Positions 48,709 through 61,600 of a stretch of DNA of 64,000 nucleotides are shown here, one piece after another (the first letter of the stretch is position 1; every line of letters starts with the position of its first letter). The position numbers were made by a program, and so were the translations under genes. The stretch comes from Psammoneis japonica (taxonomy: Eukaryota): NCBI GenBank assembly GCA_008632985.1, contig QPGO01000050.1:1-64000 (forward strand). The letters run 5' to 3'. Below the pieces are notes generated by a model. It worked only from the letters and a program-made list of their open reading frames with translations, ran no database searches and was not told where the DNA came from.

Positions 48709-49846
48709 CTAGCCGCTGCTCTCTGGTTCTATTTCCCACACATCAGGGACAAACACTTCGTGAACTCTGCATTCCAATTCATCACACGATAGCTGATATT
48801 GACGCCATAATGCTCCTTCCTGTGAAAGACCTGCGTCCATCAAGATGAACGTTGGCAACCTGTTCAAGTGTCGAAACAGTTGACCCAGACCCACTTGACC
48901 GGATTGAACCAGACTTCGACAGGTCGTATCATGCACAATGATTTCAGATGTTGCAGTACAAAATGTCTATCGTCAAGCATAAGAGGTAGTAAGTCATAGA
49001 GATGAAGAACCACAAAGGGCAAGGAGACGCCGGTCACGCTACACATTGCTGTCGATAACTCAGACGTACCTGATTGTGCACAGTCAAGTGAACAACACGA
49101 TCCCATGTTTTCCCGCTTCGTAGAATGCACTTGTCTACAACAACATGAACCGGCGCATCATAGTAAGACGAAACCAAGCGTTGCAAGTTGCCGTTAGCAG
49201 TCGTTGCCATTCGATCCAATCTTGAGGTGATACCAAAACGCGCTTCAAGAGTTTCGCCGTCTAGTGTCACTAAACCAGAACTAGTCGGACTACTTTTCGC
49301 CTTTCTAAGCGGAGCGCTTTCACTAATCGTTTCATTCCTCCTGCTCTCGTCTTCGTCGTCATTATCTTCCACTGACATGATGTCACCTAGAGTACCAGCA
49401 CCGATATAATCAAGCGGTTGATCCTCGCTATCTGTCCGCACCAATGTCTTTGACTGTGCACTTTCGTCATCTTTTGTTTCGCCATTTATGCTGCTCCTTA
49501 AGTCTTCACTTTCTGAAGGGAGTTTCGGAGCTTCTCGTCGATCTATTCTCTCTCCCCCTGATGTCATGGTTTCGCCGTTGGTGTACGCCATTTGCACGAA
49601 TAAAGAAGGTGCGTTGGCTGATGAACGGGAGGTATGTAGTCGCGTTCTCTTCCTATGGTACGGCTGCAGCCAGGCATGACAGCTGAAATGTGATACAATC
49701 AGAGCCTGAATCGCCATCAGGAAGGTATAGAACCAAGTATGTCTCGCTGTATATCTCCGATTGGAGGCCCCCGATTGGTACCGTGCCAGAAAGATTTCGT
49801 CCCGTTGTTTAGGAGCGACTTGTCGTTTGCGTTCATTGTCTCTCAT
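48709..49846 (-). CDS. Conserved hypothetical protein (2 exons; possibly chorismate-lyase-like fold)
   Basis: 'DRMATTANGNLQRLVSSYYDAPV' is joined in frame across intron 48967-49069 to 'FCTATS...VGLGQLFRHLNRLPTF...LWRQYQL...HEVF'. Start uncertain. Confidence 0.65.
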
Positions 49847-50094
49847 TTTGTGGAACTAATTAAACTTTACCTCTTCTAGCTAACACCCTAGCTTTGGCTC
49901 TCACTCGAGATGAGCTGGCAATGAATTACCATCTTTGTTGCCTTCGAACTTCGAACGAACCAAGTTGCCGCTGTCCGTGGCGGCGGTTTCTTTTTGCTTT
50001 TGCTTTATTCGAAATCTGGTGACGTCAGCACGAGGCCCCTTGACCGACCGACCGACCAAGCATCAACCTTTCGAGCGAGCGACATTGAGCCGAA

Positions 50095-50330
50095 ATACTG
50101 AATACTCTACTCTATCTAGAGCTCTACTATAGTAGAGAGACTAGGGCTAACGTTCGACGAACCGTAGCTACTAGAGAGTAGGCTTACCGATAGCTTGCTA
50201 GCTACTCGTAGTAGCCTACCTCTAGAGTATTTGTTGTAGTAGATATTAGAGCTAGATTTAATTGCGTCGATGCGGTTATAGCCTGCGGGATGCTCCTGTT
50301 AGCTACTTCTACAACGCTAGTACAGTACAG
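50095..50330. repeat. CTAG/TAG-rich quasi-palindromic intergenic array
   Basis: tactctactctatctagagctctactatagtagagagactag, gtagctactagagagtag, gctagctactcgtagtagc. Confidence 0.7.
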
Positions 50331-50630
50331 AACAAGAGCATCTTCTCGACCACGGTTAACGATGGAGACTACGTAAGATGTGCAAGTTTCAAGTTGCTCT
50401 CCATGCTGCTCTAGTACAGTAACGAACAGCTTCCGTCCGAGGCGAATTGGGCACTGTCCATTCATGTATTGAATTAGGTCGTTCAACGAATCGAAACGCC
50501 AGAGAGACTTGTTAGCTACACGGTATATGTTATTGGCAAAGTTACGCTACAGTAGCACGCAAGCAATCATTCCCATCAACAACACGCGCGACTCAGCAGG
50601 TACAATTTCTCTCGTCACTCGCTTTCACTC

Positions 50631-51358
50631 TCATTCAACGACTGCTGGTGGTGCTCTTTTAATGACTTGATCCATATCACCAGGCGCAAAGATATCCCTT
50701 CCATCGTTCAAATGGATCTTATATGGTGCCCATGAATTCGCCGGCCAGTTAGGCTCACGATACCATAACTGTACAATTTTTCCAGGTGCCCATCCAGTCA
50801 CAGCATCTGGTCCAATGCGGCACAAAACGTCGTCGCCCACCTCGAAACGAAGCCTAGGTAAATTCGTTTCCGTATCCCATTCAGGTTCTGGTGGCCAATC
50901 CGCTTCTTCACCCCGATGCCATTTTTCTAAAACGTCTTGTGTGGGGAAATTTTCCTTCAATTCTTCTTCAGTGACATCTTTGGCTTCCATTGGCAAACCC
51001 AGCATACCACGACCGCCACTTTTCTCATCAAAGTTTTGCATTGTTCAAAATTCAAGACACGATTTCGTGGGGGGATTACAGCAAAGAAAAAAAGCAAGAG
51101 GTATGTAAGGTCGCTGAATCACGACAACCATCTCAATCCACCACTGTATTGCTCGTACCTTTCAAAGACAATTGTAACGAGTGTATCGATAGGGGAACAC
51201 TGAGGGTCACCACATTGAACTTCTTGAACTGCCACCGTACATTCGTTCCGCAGATTCTCTGGAACTGAATTCAAAGTCAATTGCTCAACCCGTTCACACG
51301 CTTCGCGGGATTCCTTCTTTTTCTCCTGCTCTGCTGCTTGGTTCTGTGGCAGAAACAT
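50631..51358 (-). CDS. Hypothetical protein (2 exons) with a C-terminal 'LRFxVGxxVxCR...W..G...APY...DG..IFAP' module
   Basis: ORFs 51119-51358 and 50631-51041 join through a predicted intron at 51019-51158. Confidence 0.7.
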
Positions 51359-51804
51359 CGTATTATGAACTTGTAAGCAGCTAATAAGAGAGGGTAGCAG
51401 AGTATTGTAGTTGTATGGAGAAGCAACAACAATCAGTCAGCCAAACTCTGTCTTGGCTGGGTCTTTCTCGCTTCTCGCACCGCGCCCCGCAGTGCGACGT
51501 GCGACGCGTGACGCCGTGTCCCGTGTGAGCGAGCGCGTGTAGTGTTGCACGCATGCGATGACGGACCGGACCTGATTTTTCATTTTCCATCCGTTGAGTG
51601 ACGTCATCAAGAGGGGAAATGAACTGTAGTTCCGTACGTGGGTTAGTACGAAAAGTGCTCAGAAAAGAGGTTGATTTCCCCCCTCTCTTCTCCCCTTGCA
51701 GGTCGGGTGTTGGGCATTTGCCCATGACGCCCGCACACACTACCGAGAGTCATTCGCCGACGACATAGTACACCGCAACTAGAAAGTTCACTGACACCAT
51801 AAAG

Positions 51805-54627
51805 ATGGAAAAGCAAGGCGAGTTGGGAGAAGGGGTTACTCCGGAGAAAACAGTCGCTGCAGATGCCATAGATGGACTTGCTTCTGACAGAGCTCCATCC
51901 GATGAAAAGAAAACCGAGACCGATGCCACGGTTAACGTGTTGGATCAAGCGCAGCAGGAGCCCACCGTGGCGCAACCTAGCGCTGAATATGACCTGCTGG
52001 GCTTTTCATCGGAAACTGCCTCTACCGAATCAAAGCCTGCCGTAACCAACTTGTTGGATTTTACGACGCAGAGCAGCACTGAAGAATCGTCGCAACCTTC
52101 CCATACTCCCACGATGAATGCAACGTTGCCAGGAACGGAACCTTCTTCTACAGAAGTTGGCTTGTTGGATTTCAGCCACGACACTGCTGCTAACGACGGA
52201 GTGAGTCGAGGGCCAGCTCCATTCCAAAACCATGATTCAGTTGCGCAGCCGTCGAGCGAATCTCCAGAGCACGGAGGTGAAGATCTGCTTGATCCGATGA
52301 AAGACCCGTCGGAAGATGCGGGTTCTTCGTCCGAGAATCGGAGTCAATCAAAAGAGAAACTTCCAGAGAACCAAGAATTAGATAAGGCTTCTGCTCCAGC
52401 CGATAAGGTGCCAGAATCCCTACTGAATAATCAAACAAAACAGCCATCCCAATCCGCCTCCTTCTCCGGAAGCGTTGAAGTGAAAGATCGCCCTGCCAAA
52501 GAACTGCGAGCGCAACAAGAAATGGTATCCGCTACTTCGAAAGAGACGGAAAAGATAAATGAACAAGCGGTCGCCCCACCCACGAGTAGCCCTACTGAGA
52601 GTCAAGCATTGCCGTTGCCCGAAGCTGAACCTTTGGATGCTGGAGCTTCAGGTCGAGCAGAACCGGATCACCCAGTGTCTCCGGCTGTCAAGGCAAAAGA
52701 ATCAAATGATAGTGGAAACGGGCGGGTGTTGGATACATCCAATTTGAGTGTAACCGTGGAAACTGAGAGCGCAAACGTACATGATCAGTCTCTTGCAGAG
52801 TCTCCATCCGCTGCACCCGCAGAAGTTGCGAAATCATCAGAGGAAGGGACTGACATTGTACCTGCGGAATCAGAGCCTCAACGCAGTGAAATGGACGATG
52901 AGATAGCGAAACATAAAGTCCCACAACAAGCAGAACCAGATACCCCTTCAGTCCCATTCGCAAACGAAGAAGACTCAGAGAAGGGGCGAAATGACGGGGC
53001 GAATCAAGCAACGCAAGCAACAGTAGAGAGAGTAGACGATGGAGCAAATTCGAGTGTCGGAACGGATGAAGCAGCAGCGGCGGCGGCACCACCTATCGAC
53101 AGTGCTGTCAAGAATATATCGACGGAGAAACAATGCGCTGACGATACTGCTGCTAAGAAATCTCCAAAACAAGACGAGCCCATCTCTTCAAGCTCGAAGG
53201 ACGATGCTACAGCCGAGGTGATTGCGCAACTCCAGGCTTCTCTAGATGATCAAGTGCGACGACGGACAGAAGCGGAAGAGAAAGCGAAGCATGCGGAAGA
53301 GCGTGTAGCTGAATGCGAAGAGAAGCTGGAGCAGATGGCGGGGTTAGAAGAAGAAATTGAACGGCTCAATGAGAATATAGTCGAGCTTGTCTCAGAAAAG
53401 TCTAACCTGGAGTTTGAGTTAAGTTCGATGGAGCAGTCCCGTGACGAGCACGAACGAAAAGCTAACGTGCTATCCAATCGTCTGAACGCAGCCAAGAAGA
53501 AGGAGGGCGTAAAGGCCAACCTGGCCGAGCAACTCGAGGAAGAAAACGTGGAATTCCAGTCACAACTAGAAACGCTGCAGAACGACCTAGCGACAATGAG
53601 CACTGAAAAGGAGAGTTTAGAACTGGAGATGGAGGCATTGAAGAAAAAGTGTGTTGACAGGGTCAAGGCTGCAGAATTGTCGCTTGAAGAAGAGCAGCGC
53701 TTGAACGAAGAACGAAAGAAGAAAATGAAGCTCTTCATCGAGTCCAAGGCGGACGAGTTGAGGGTTGCGAAGGCTCATAATGATGAGCTGCAAGTGGAAG
53801 TGGAACAAACGCAGATATCATTGAGAGAAACAAATGATAGGTGGAAACAGCTTCATGCCCAGTGGGTCCAGTCACAGACTCGCAACCGCGAGTTACAGCG
53901 TGATTTGAACCGTATCAAGAAGGACTCTGACAACTTACACAAGATCGGAGATAATCTAGAAATGAAACTAAGTCGGTCTGCTCAAGAGACGGAAGAGCAC
54001 AAGAACAAGCGTTTGACGGCCAAACATGAGCTTATGACGATTTTAAGAACATTGGAAGCGGAGCGCTCTGTCAGTGGAAAACTACGAGACAGCATAAAGT
54101 TCACTTTCACTCCAAAAGCCCTGAGTCAACAGCAGCTTTTGAAGGAGAGTCTGCAAGACTTCGAAGCCGAGCTCGTGAAGTTAGCTAGACGAGTAGGCAA
54201 GCCACTCCCTCCACCACCAACGGATTCTCCACATTTTCATGACAATGGCGGACCGATTTCTCCACCAAAAAGCGACGAGGTGACAGGTGGAGGTGCTGTG
54301 AACGATGGGAGTAGCACCGATGAGTCGGGGACCGACGGTGGCAAGAAGAATAGATCTGAAATCGATTCGAATCATCTTCTTTCAAACTTGGAGAATGAAA
54401 CTCAGCGCGTCAGCCAGTGCATCATGGCGCTCATCTCTAATGTGGAACGAATGAATGTATTGTTGCACGAGGGAGATCGCACGTGTATGACGGCGTTGTC
54501 AGACCTTCTCACAGGCGTGCAATCTGCACAACAGTCATCTCATGAGGAAACTACGTCCATAACTGGCGCTGCCAGCCCGCGAACACGGCTTGGAATGGGC
54601 CCCTACGCGTCGGTTCCTCATAGTTGA
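51805..54627 (+). CDS. Large acidic, disordered N-terminus + long coiled-coil protein
   Basis: Intact 940-aa ORF with repeated 'LLDF/LLGF' motifs (clathrin-box-like) in the N-terminus and ~300 aa of heptad repeats. Confidence 0.8.
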   Translation: MEKQGELGEGVTPEKTVAADAIDGLASDRAPSDEKKTETDATVNVLDQAQQEPTVAQPSAEYDLLGFSSETASTESKPAVTNLLDFTTQSSTEESSQPSHTPTMNATLPGTEPSSTEVGLLDFSHDTAANDGVSRGPAPFQNHDSVAQPSSESPEHGGEDLLDPMKDPSEDAGSSSENRSQSKEKLPENQELDKASAPADKVPESLLNNQTKQPSQSASFSGSVEVKDRPAKELRAQQEMVSATSKETEKINEQAVAPPTSSPTESQALPLPEAEPLDAGASGRAEPDHPVSPAVKAKESNDSGNGRVLDTSNLSVTVETESANVHDQSLAESPSAAPAEVAKSSEEGTDIVPAESEPQRSEMDDEIAKHKVPQQAEPDTPSVPFANEEDSEKGRNDGANQATQATVERVDDGANSSVGTDEAAAAAAPPIDSAVKNISTEKQCADDTAAKKSPKQDEPISSSSKDDATAEVIAQLQASLDDQVRRRTEAEEKAKHAEERVAECEEKLEQMAGLEEEIERLNENIVELVSEKSNLEFELSSMEQSRDEHERKANVLSNRLNAAKKKEGVKANLAEQLEEENVEFQSQLETLQNDLATMSTEKESLELEMEALKKKCVDRVKAAELSLEEEQRLNEERKKKMKLFIESKADELRVAKAHNDELQVEVEQTQISLRETNDRWKQLHAQWVQSQTRNRELQRDLNRIKKDSDNLHKIGDNLEMKLSRSAQETEEHKNKRLTAKHELMTILRTLEAERSVSGKLRDSIKFTFTPKALSQQQLLKESLQDFEAELVKLARRVGKPLPPPPTDSPHFHDNGGPISPPKSDEVTGGGAVNDGSSTDESGTDGGKKNRSEIDSNHLLSNLENETQRVSQCIMALISNVERMNVLLHEGDRTCMTALSDLLTGVQSAQQSSHEETTSITGAASPRTRLGMGPYASVPHS

Positions 54628-54873
54628 AATAGCGGCTGCGACAGTTTCAGTAGTCAAGGCCCATTCTAGAGCTGTTAAAAAGCGACGACGCCGAATGTAC
54701 AATAGGAACTAAGAGCTTGAAGCGATTCGTTCTGACTCTGGTTTTATACACTGATTATTTCGCTTAAGAAAATCAGAATGTTTTCCCACGAGGCCACAAT
54801 TAACTACTTAGACCTGGTGGGAGATATCGTTCCTTTTCGATGATTCCGTCGTTGTCGCATATCATTCGCGTCT

Positions 54874-55218
54874 TCACTTCCCCTTCTCGATTTCCAGGTA
54901 CTGCTCGAAGTCGATCGCTTGAGTTCCTTGCATTTCCTCCAACGGGAGGAAGTCGCTTCCACTCTCGCTTGAATCAGTAGAAGATGTACTGATAGATCGA
55001 GTTGATACTTGGGCAAACACGCGACCGTTCGCTTCAATATCCACCTCGCCGTTCGATGAAAAAGACGAGCAACGAGACGTGTGGCGACGAGCCTTTCCTC
55101 TTCGTCGGCGCTTGTTGTTTTCGCGGGGGGTCAGCTTGGCGCGACGCACAGTGCCCTCGTTTGCAACCTGTCCAATTGTGTCCAGAACATCACTAAAAAG
55201 CCATTTGATATCATTCAT
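54874..55218 (-). CDS. Small hypothetical protein
   Basis: 114-aa ATG-initiated ORF with plausible composition; no family recognised. Confidence 0.35.
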   Translation of the reverse strand: MNDIKWLFSDVLDTIGQVANEGTVRRAKLTPRENNKRRRRGKARRHTSRCSSFSSNGEVDIEANGRVFAQVSTRSISTSSTDSSESGSDFLPLEEMQGTQAIDFEQYLEIEKGK

Positions 55219-55629
55219 TTTAGACTTGAAGACGGGAAAAATGAAACGCTAAGCTTTGTTGACGGAAACGAAAAGTGATACCAAATAATCTTCACGATCA
55301 AAAACGAGGGCAGATCCGAGACCGAAAAGTCTCAACTGGACATCCACCGCGTGATTGATGGTAGGCTATTGCAAAAAATGTCAATGTGGGACTTTCCAAA
55401 ATAACAAAATGTTTTTATTTAAGAACCATAAATATTTGTGCAAAGATATTAATACAAATATAACAAGCCCTTCTTATCGGAGACACATTTATTATAACAC
55501 ACCACTATCAAAAATTAGAATAGACACCAATCCCGTAGATGTCTTTGCGATGCTCCAAATAATGGTCGATTTTAGACGGCTTTCAGCCGTGATGAACGAT
55601 TGTTTATGCAAGGGGTTTATGAAACGGTG

Positions 55630-58600
55630 GTTTTGAGAGTGAAGTGACAAACCTCCAGTTTGCAGGGCCGAGTGAGGAGCTCTCAACATCCTCTGAGCAA
55701 AGAGTTGGTTTTGGGGCAATGGCAGGTGTGTGAAACTTTGAAGTCTCGATCAAGTGCTTGGGTCGTCGCTCAGAGACAAGCTGCGCTGGTGCTCCTGGCT
55801 GTGTGCCTCAAGAGACAAAACAAAAGATGTCAAATGCTGATGCAGGAAAAAAGTTGGCTGATGCAGCTTGAGCAATGAATTTTTTGTGCTTCTGCAGCAC
55901 CGCTTCATGCACAACAATCAACCATCATGAATGGCAGCTGCCAGAGGTGCATCATCAAGGGTTCTTGGTGTGGTTGTCAAAAATCCCTGGCAATTGGCAT
56001 GTGCTGGGAGAACTCTGTTGTCGACATCCACATGGCAGCACCAGCAACTTTGAAGAAGCTTTCATGCTGGGCACAATGGTGTGTGTTTGCAATTTAAAGA
56101 GATGTCAAACACAGCTCGCACACAACATTGTGAATGTGTGTGTTGACGTTGGAAGCATGGTGGCTGCACAACATTCCCATGTCAAGTTTTTGGATCTTGA
56201 GATGTTGTTGCAACATCAAAACATGTGCTCAGCTGCAAGTCATTGCACATTAAAGCCCAAGTTGCACACAAGCAACTGCGCCACTTCTCAAGCTGGCTCT
56301 TGCTTGAATGTCATGTTGCTCAAGTTCCACAAACATTTTTTTCATTTTGGCAGCACACATCAAACACAATGGAGCAGAAGCTGAGATGCAAAGTTGACTC
56401 AGCTCATTTGGCAGAAATTCCAAGTGCTTTTTTGATGCCATTGCTTGCACGCTGTCCTCCTGCAATGCTGGTGTGCAGCCACATCTCACACTCCTGATTG
56501 CAACTGGTCAATGTCACACTTTGAAAAGAGCCATTTGTCAACAAAGGGCAACAATCAGAGCTCAAGCAATTGCAAACACTTGGCTCTTCTGAGCTGCCAC
56601 AGCTCTTGTGGGCAGCCAAGTTTTTCAAGATTTGGAGCTTCAAGGCAGTGAGCACACCATCTTGCTGAGCTGCTTCTGCTCCAGGCAGAGTGGACAAGCT
56701 TTCAAACTGGCCTCCCCAAGATGTTGCACTGCAACAAAGAACCAGAGGAAGAAGAGAGCACATGATGGAGCTGCTTTGCCACTGCTTTTTCAGCAAAGAC
56801 ACTCTGAACAAGTGCTGCTGATGTGACACAATTTGTGAAAATGCAGTGTGTTGCACTTGCCCCCTGAGTTGGTCACACCTGAAAATCATTGAGACACAGC
56901 CAATTTTCTGAATGCATTGCATGCTTCCATGCACACTTCTGTCAAAACATGACAGCACATCCTGGCAGCTGGTGGTGCATGACCACAGCTGACTTGTGGA
57001 GTGCTTTTCTTTGGCTTCATTCTTGGATGCATTGCTGCAGCAACTTCTTTGTCACCCAGTCTCTGCAAGACAAGCCCAAAAGCTGTTGACCTTGTTTTCT
57101 GATGGAAGCTGCGGCATGATCTTTCTCTGGCAAGAGACTTGTTCCTTTTGTTTCATGTTTCTGGCCAAACTTCTAAAATGGCCAATCTTCAACCAGCTTT
57201 TCTGTTCCAAAACTCCAGTGTGTTGCAATGCCAGGCACTTTGTCCACAATGCAAAAGGCATTTCTTTGCATCCTCTGCTGCACTGCCATGCTTTGAGCTT
57301 GTCTCATGTCATGCACTTGCAGCATCAGCAAGGGAAGTGGACCACAGCCATGCAAAAAAATTGGCACACTCAGAGAGGCAAACATGTGAAAGTCCAAAGC
57401 AGGGGCACCTCACACAGCTGCCTTGCTTTGAGGTCAGGGATGCGCAGGGGTGAGGATTGAAATTTTTCATGGGCCACAGATTTCCCTCACACTTCACTGT
57501 GTTGTTCTGACCTCCCCAGGAACACCCCCAAACACTTCTGCATTTGTCAAATCCTTGTTGGGGCTGTTGAGCCACTGTGACAGCTGCACATTTGAAGCTT
57601 CAAATGCACCATTCATCAGCCTGTGCCCTGTTGTTGGGTTGAAATTGCTGCCAATTTTTGCTGAAACATGATGTCTCTCATGGGGGATGAGTGGCACCTT
57701 CTGGGAACCTCAGACATGTGGCACATTTGACAGGCCATTTGCACATCTGCAGTTGCCAAGGAAGGAGCCAAACACCATGCATGGTCATGAAGTCATGACT
57801 TGTCTGTGCACTTTGTTGTGTCTCATAAAATGGACAAAGTTTGACCCATTGCCAGAATTTTAGTCTTGGAACATGCAAGCATTTGGTGCAATGCATCCAG
57901 ATTTTTCTCAAAAACATTGCACACCTGCAAACATCATCTGCCTTCACCCCTGTGGATCCACCCTCAAGGGCACATGCAGGAACATCCAAAACCTTGTGTC
58001 TGTCAATGCCATTCTCCAATTAGCTGAGTGTGGTCAATGCCAGCAAACAAAGACACAGAAGAACACCTTGTGTTGCAAAGCATCAAAAAAAGGTGAGCAG
58101 CAAGAGGAAACTCTGCCCCCCTCAAGTGTGAGTTGGCATGACTGCTTGAAATGAGAGTCAAGGGAAGTGACCACAGCTTGGTGAAAACACATGAGAGCAC
58201 TGTCATTTGCACTTCATTTCTCCAGGTCTCCATCATGGCTGCACTGAACAAACTTTGGAAAAGTGGGCAGATGACAAAGGATTTTGTGTCAACAAATGAT
58301 GTGAAAGTGACATTTTCCCACAAGCGTTAGAATGTCTTGAACAAGGGGGGGGCAAACAATTGCTTTGGAGGCAACTCAAATCAAACATTGATGAGTGCCC
58401 CACCCCACATGCAGATGTGCACACAGATGCCAACAAGACAAGTGCCAATGGTTGCACTTCCTCATCCAACAAGATGTGCTGCCCTGACCAAAAAGCAAAC
58501 AACTTGGAGCTTGAAGAAGAGCTCTTTTGGTGGTTGTCCAATGTGCTGAAGAACATGTTGGTTTGTTGAGTGGCAAGGGGGGGCAGGTTTGTGGACTCAA

Positions 58601-61600
58601 GGAGCACAGCTTGTGGCAACTTTAATGCAAAAGCACAACATTGAAGCATGTGACAGGCATGTGGTGTGTGTGAGGGTGCATGTCTTGGACACTTGAGCAA
58701 TCATCTCCAAAACAGTGGTCGGAGAGCTGTCTTTGAACACGGTGCAATGCACAGCTGGGGTTGTTTTTAAAATTGGTGTTTCGCTCCTTGAGTTCTTTTG
58801 GCAGGTGCAAAGAAGTGGGCTTTGGCTGACTTGGCAGCACAGAGAAAGCAGAGTTCTCAGACTTGGCACTGAGGAGGAGGGCAAACATGGTTTGCAGCAT
58901 GGGGGCCAGCAAAGTGGCACATTGGCGCAAACCTGTGGGGGGGCATGTGGCATCAGGATGATCTGCTGATTTAGCAGCTGCCACAGAAGACAGCACCCAC
59001 ATTTTGTCCACACAGCATCAAGGCCACAAATGTCATTTGGCTTGATGACATGCACCGCACTTGACTTCTGGCAGCAAAATTGCACACGGAGCTCATCAAG
59101 ACAAAACAGGCACATTCTTAGAGGGCAGGACATGCAGCATTGCTGCACATGAGTTTCTTTGAGAAGCTCAGTTTTCTGACAGCAGAGCACAGCAGCCCCC
59201 CACCACAGGATTTGGCAAAAGGCATGCCACTTGGGTGCACTGGCCCTGCAAGTCTGGCGGATCAAGCTGGAAGGTCATGAGCTTTGGCATCAGGGAAGGA
59301 AGGGTCATTGGCATGTTGTCAATGAGACCATGGTCTTTCAGAACAGTGGTGTGTCAATTTTGAGGCAGCCACCAATGTCACCTCATTTGTCAGAGATGTG
59401 GGTGCACCCACTCAAATCTTTGGCATGTGCTGGTTGATCTTGTCATCTGGTGGGGGGTCACACACAGGTTGGGCCATTGTGTTTTGGTGTGCACACAAAA
59501 TCAAGCAATGGTGGGTGAACGCTCATTGCATGTTGGCTGCTTGTTCAAACTGGTGTTTGCATGTGCAGCAAGAGCACAAACCAGGTGCAATCAGCATCTT
59601 TGCCACTGAGTGTGGTTTTCAGTGTTTCAGTGCAGCATTTGTTGTGCAGCCCAAATCACTGCCAAGGAAGAAGTTGATGCCCTTTGGCAGCTCTGCAAGA
59701 GAAAACCTCTTGGCACCACAGCATGTTCTTGGCAAGCCAGTGCACAAAACCAGCTTGTTGTTCAAAGTTTTGCTTAAAAAGGACAGATGACAGCAGCCCA
59801 TTGGAGAGTGCCAGAAAAAGAAATTGATTGCGTCATTGTCTTGCTGCTGCCCACACCAACTCCTCTGACCACCCACATTCCCCAACACACAAAAGGGCAG
59901 CATGGACAATTTGAGCACTGTTTGGCACATTGTCGTGAAACAATGCCTGCCACATGCTGCAGTTCCAGCAAGCTGCAACAGTGCCCAGTTGAACAAGCAA
60001 GCCTGGTCACACTGCATGGGACAAGCTGCCAAAAACAAAGAACATGCTGCAGAAAAACTGAGCTCAGCAGGAGTCTCCAAGAAAGATGCAGTGCTTGAAA
60101 GGATGAAAAAATGCACTTCCTGGGACAAACATCTAAAGGAAAGTCCAACAAGGACAACAATGGTCAGGAGAGAAAATGCCTTGACACTGGCACACAATGA
60201 ATGTGCTGGAAAGTTGTGCTGAGCCAGAGTGACAAATGCAAAACCAGCATCAAGCGGCAGTGCATCAAGGTGTGTCCAATTGAGAGCACTCTGAGGCCCC
60301 TCTTTGGGATGCCAGGTGACAACCTTTGAGAAATGAAAGCCAGCTGCAAGAATGCTTGGAATGAAAAAGTTGGCAAGAAGCAAGATGACAAAACCTGCCC
60401 ATTGTTGTCTCACAAATGTGCCCAGATGTGCAGAATTGAGCTTGAATTTTGCACTGAAAGGCTGGTGCAAAAGGAGCTGAAACCATGCGGAATTTCACTT
60501 AGAGAATGCACTTCAATCTGGAATGAAAATCAAAGAGATTTGACACCATGGCATTGCCAAACCCACCAAATGCAGGCACAACAAAGCATCCCTTCAAAAC
60601 CCTTGATGTTTTGTTGTTGGCACAACTGCCTGACACTCCAACAGGCCCGGCAGAGAGCCGCGCCCACAAGGGACAATTTCTTGGGTGCTGATGTGAAATT
60701 GTGCCCATGAGAAGAGAGTTCTTGTGCAAGAGCATGGAGATCAACACATGGCTTGCTTTTTTTCATTTGTGTCCACCCTGCTGATTGAGCCAGCTTTTTC
60801 ACTGAAATTTTCTCACTTTGAATGTGGGAACATGGGGGGGTGCTTGTGCTTGACAGACTGCCACCATGCTGAAGGCAGAATGACAGTCTTGCCCTTTGGC
60901 ACATCAGCATTTTCAACAATGTGCCAGTGTTTTCCACAAGTGTGGTCTTGTTTTCTTTCACCATGGCCTTCTTGAGCTCACAAGCACTGCACTTGCAGAA
61001 AGGAGCTTGAACATGCAAAGAGTGCCCAGGTTGTCAAAGGCTTTCATGCTGTGCAGAGTGGCACATCCTCCAACTGGCTGCATGCAGAAAAATGTCTGAA
61101 ACACCATGCCATCAAAACAAAATCACATCATTGTGGCCAATGCCATTGTGAAGGGGTGGCACACGTGGATGAAAAAACCTCTTCTGGGGATCAAACAGAG
61201 TGTGTGTGCCTTTTCTTTCAAATTGAAGCTGTTGCAGACAGTGCTGCTGGAACCCAGAGCTGCTGTGCTGATGCAGTCAAAAGTTCTGGAGCTGGCATGA
61301 CTGGTGTGGAATCTTGCAGATCTTCTGGAAGACCTGCAGCTAGAAAGATGCAAAGTGCAGCATCTTCTAAAGGCAAAGTCAGGAAGCAGAAGATCTGTGG
61401 GAGAGGGAGAATCACACTTCTCTTGTTCTCTTGCAGAAACCCAAAAGTTGTTCAACAAGAGGCCCAAGTTTGTCATTGCACAGGTGTGTTGTCTTCTGTT
61501 GCATCATGCTTTTGCTTTGGGATCAGAGCCAAGGATGCATGCACCATGTGCTCCAACATCTCCACTGGAGAAACACTGGTCTCATGTCCAATGAATCAAT

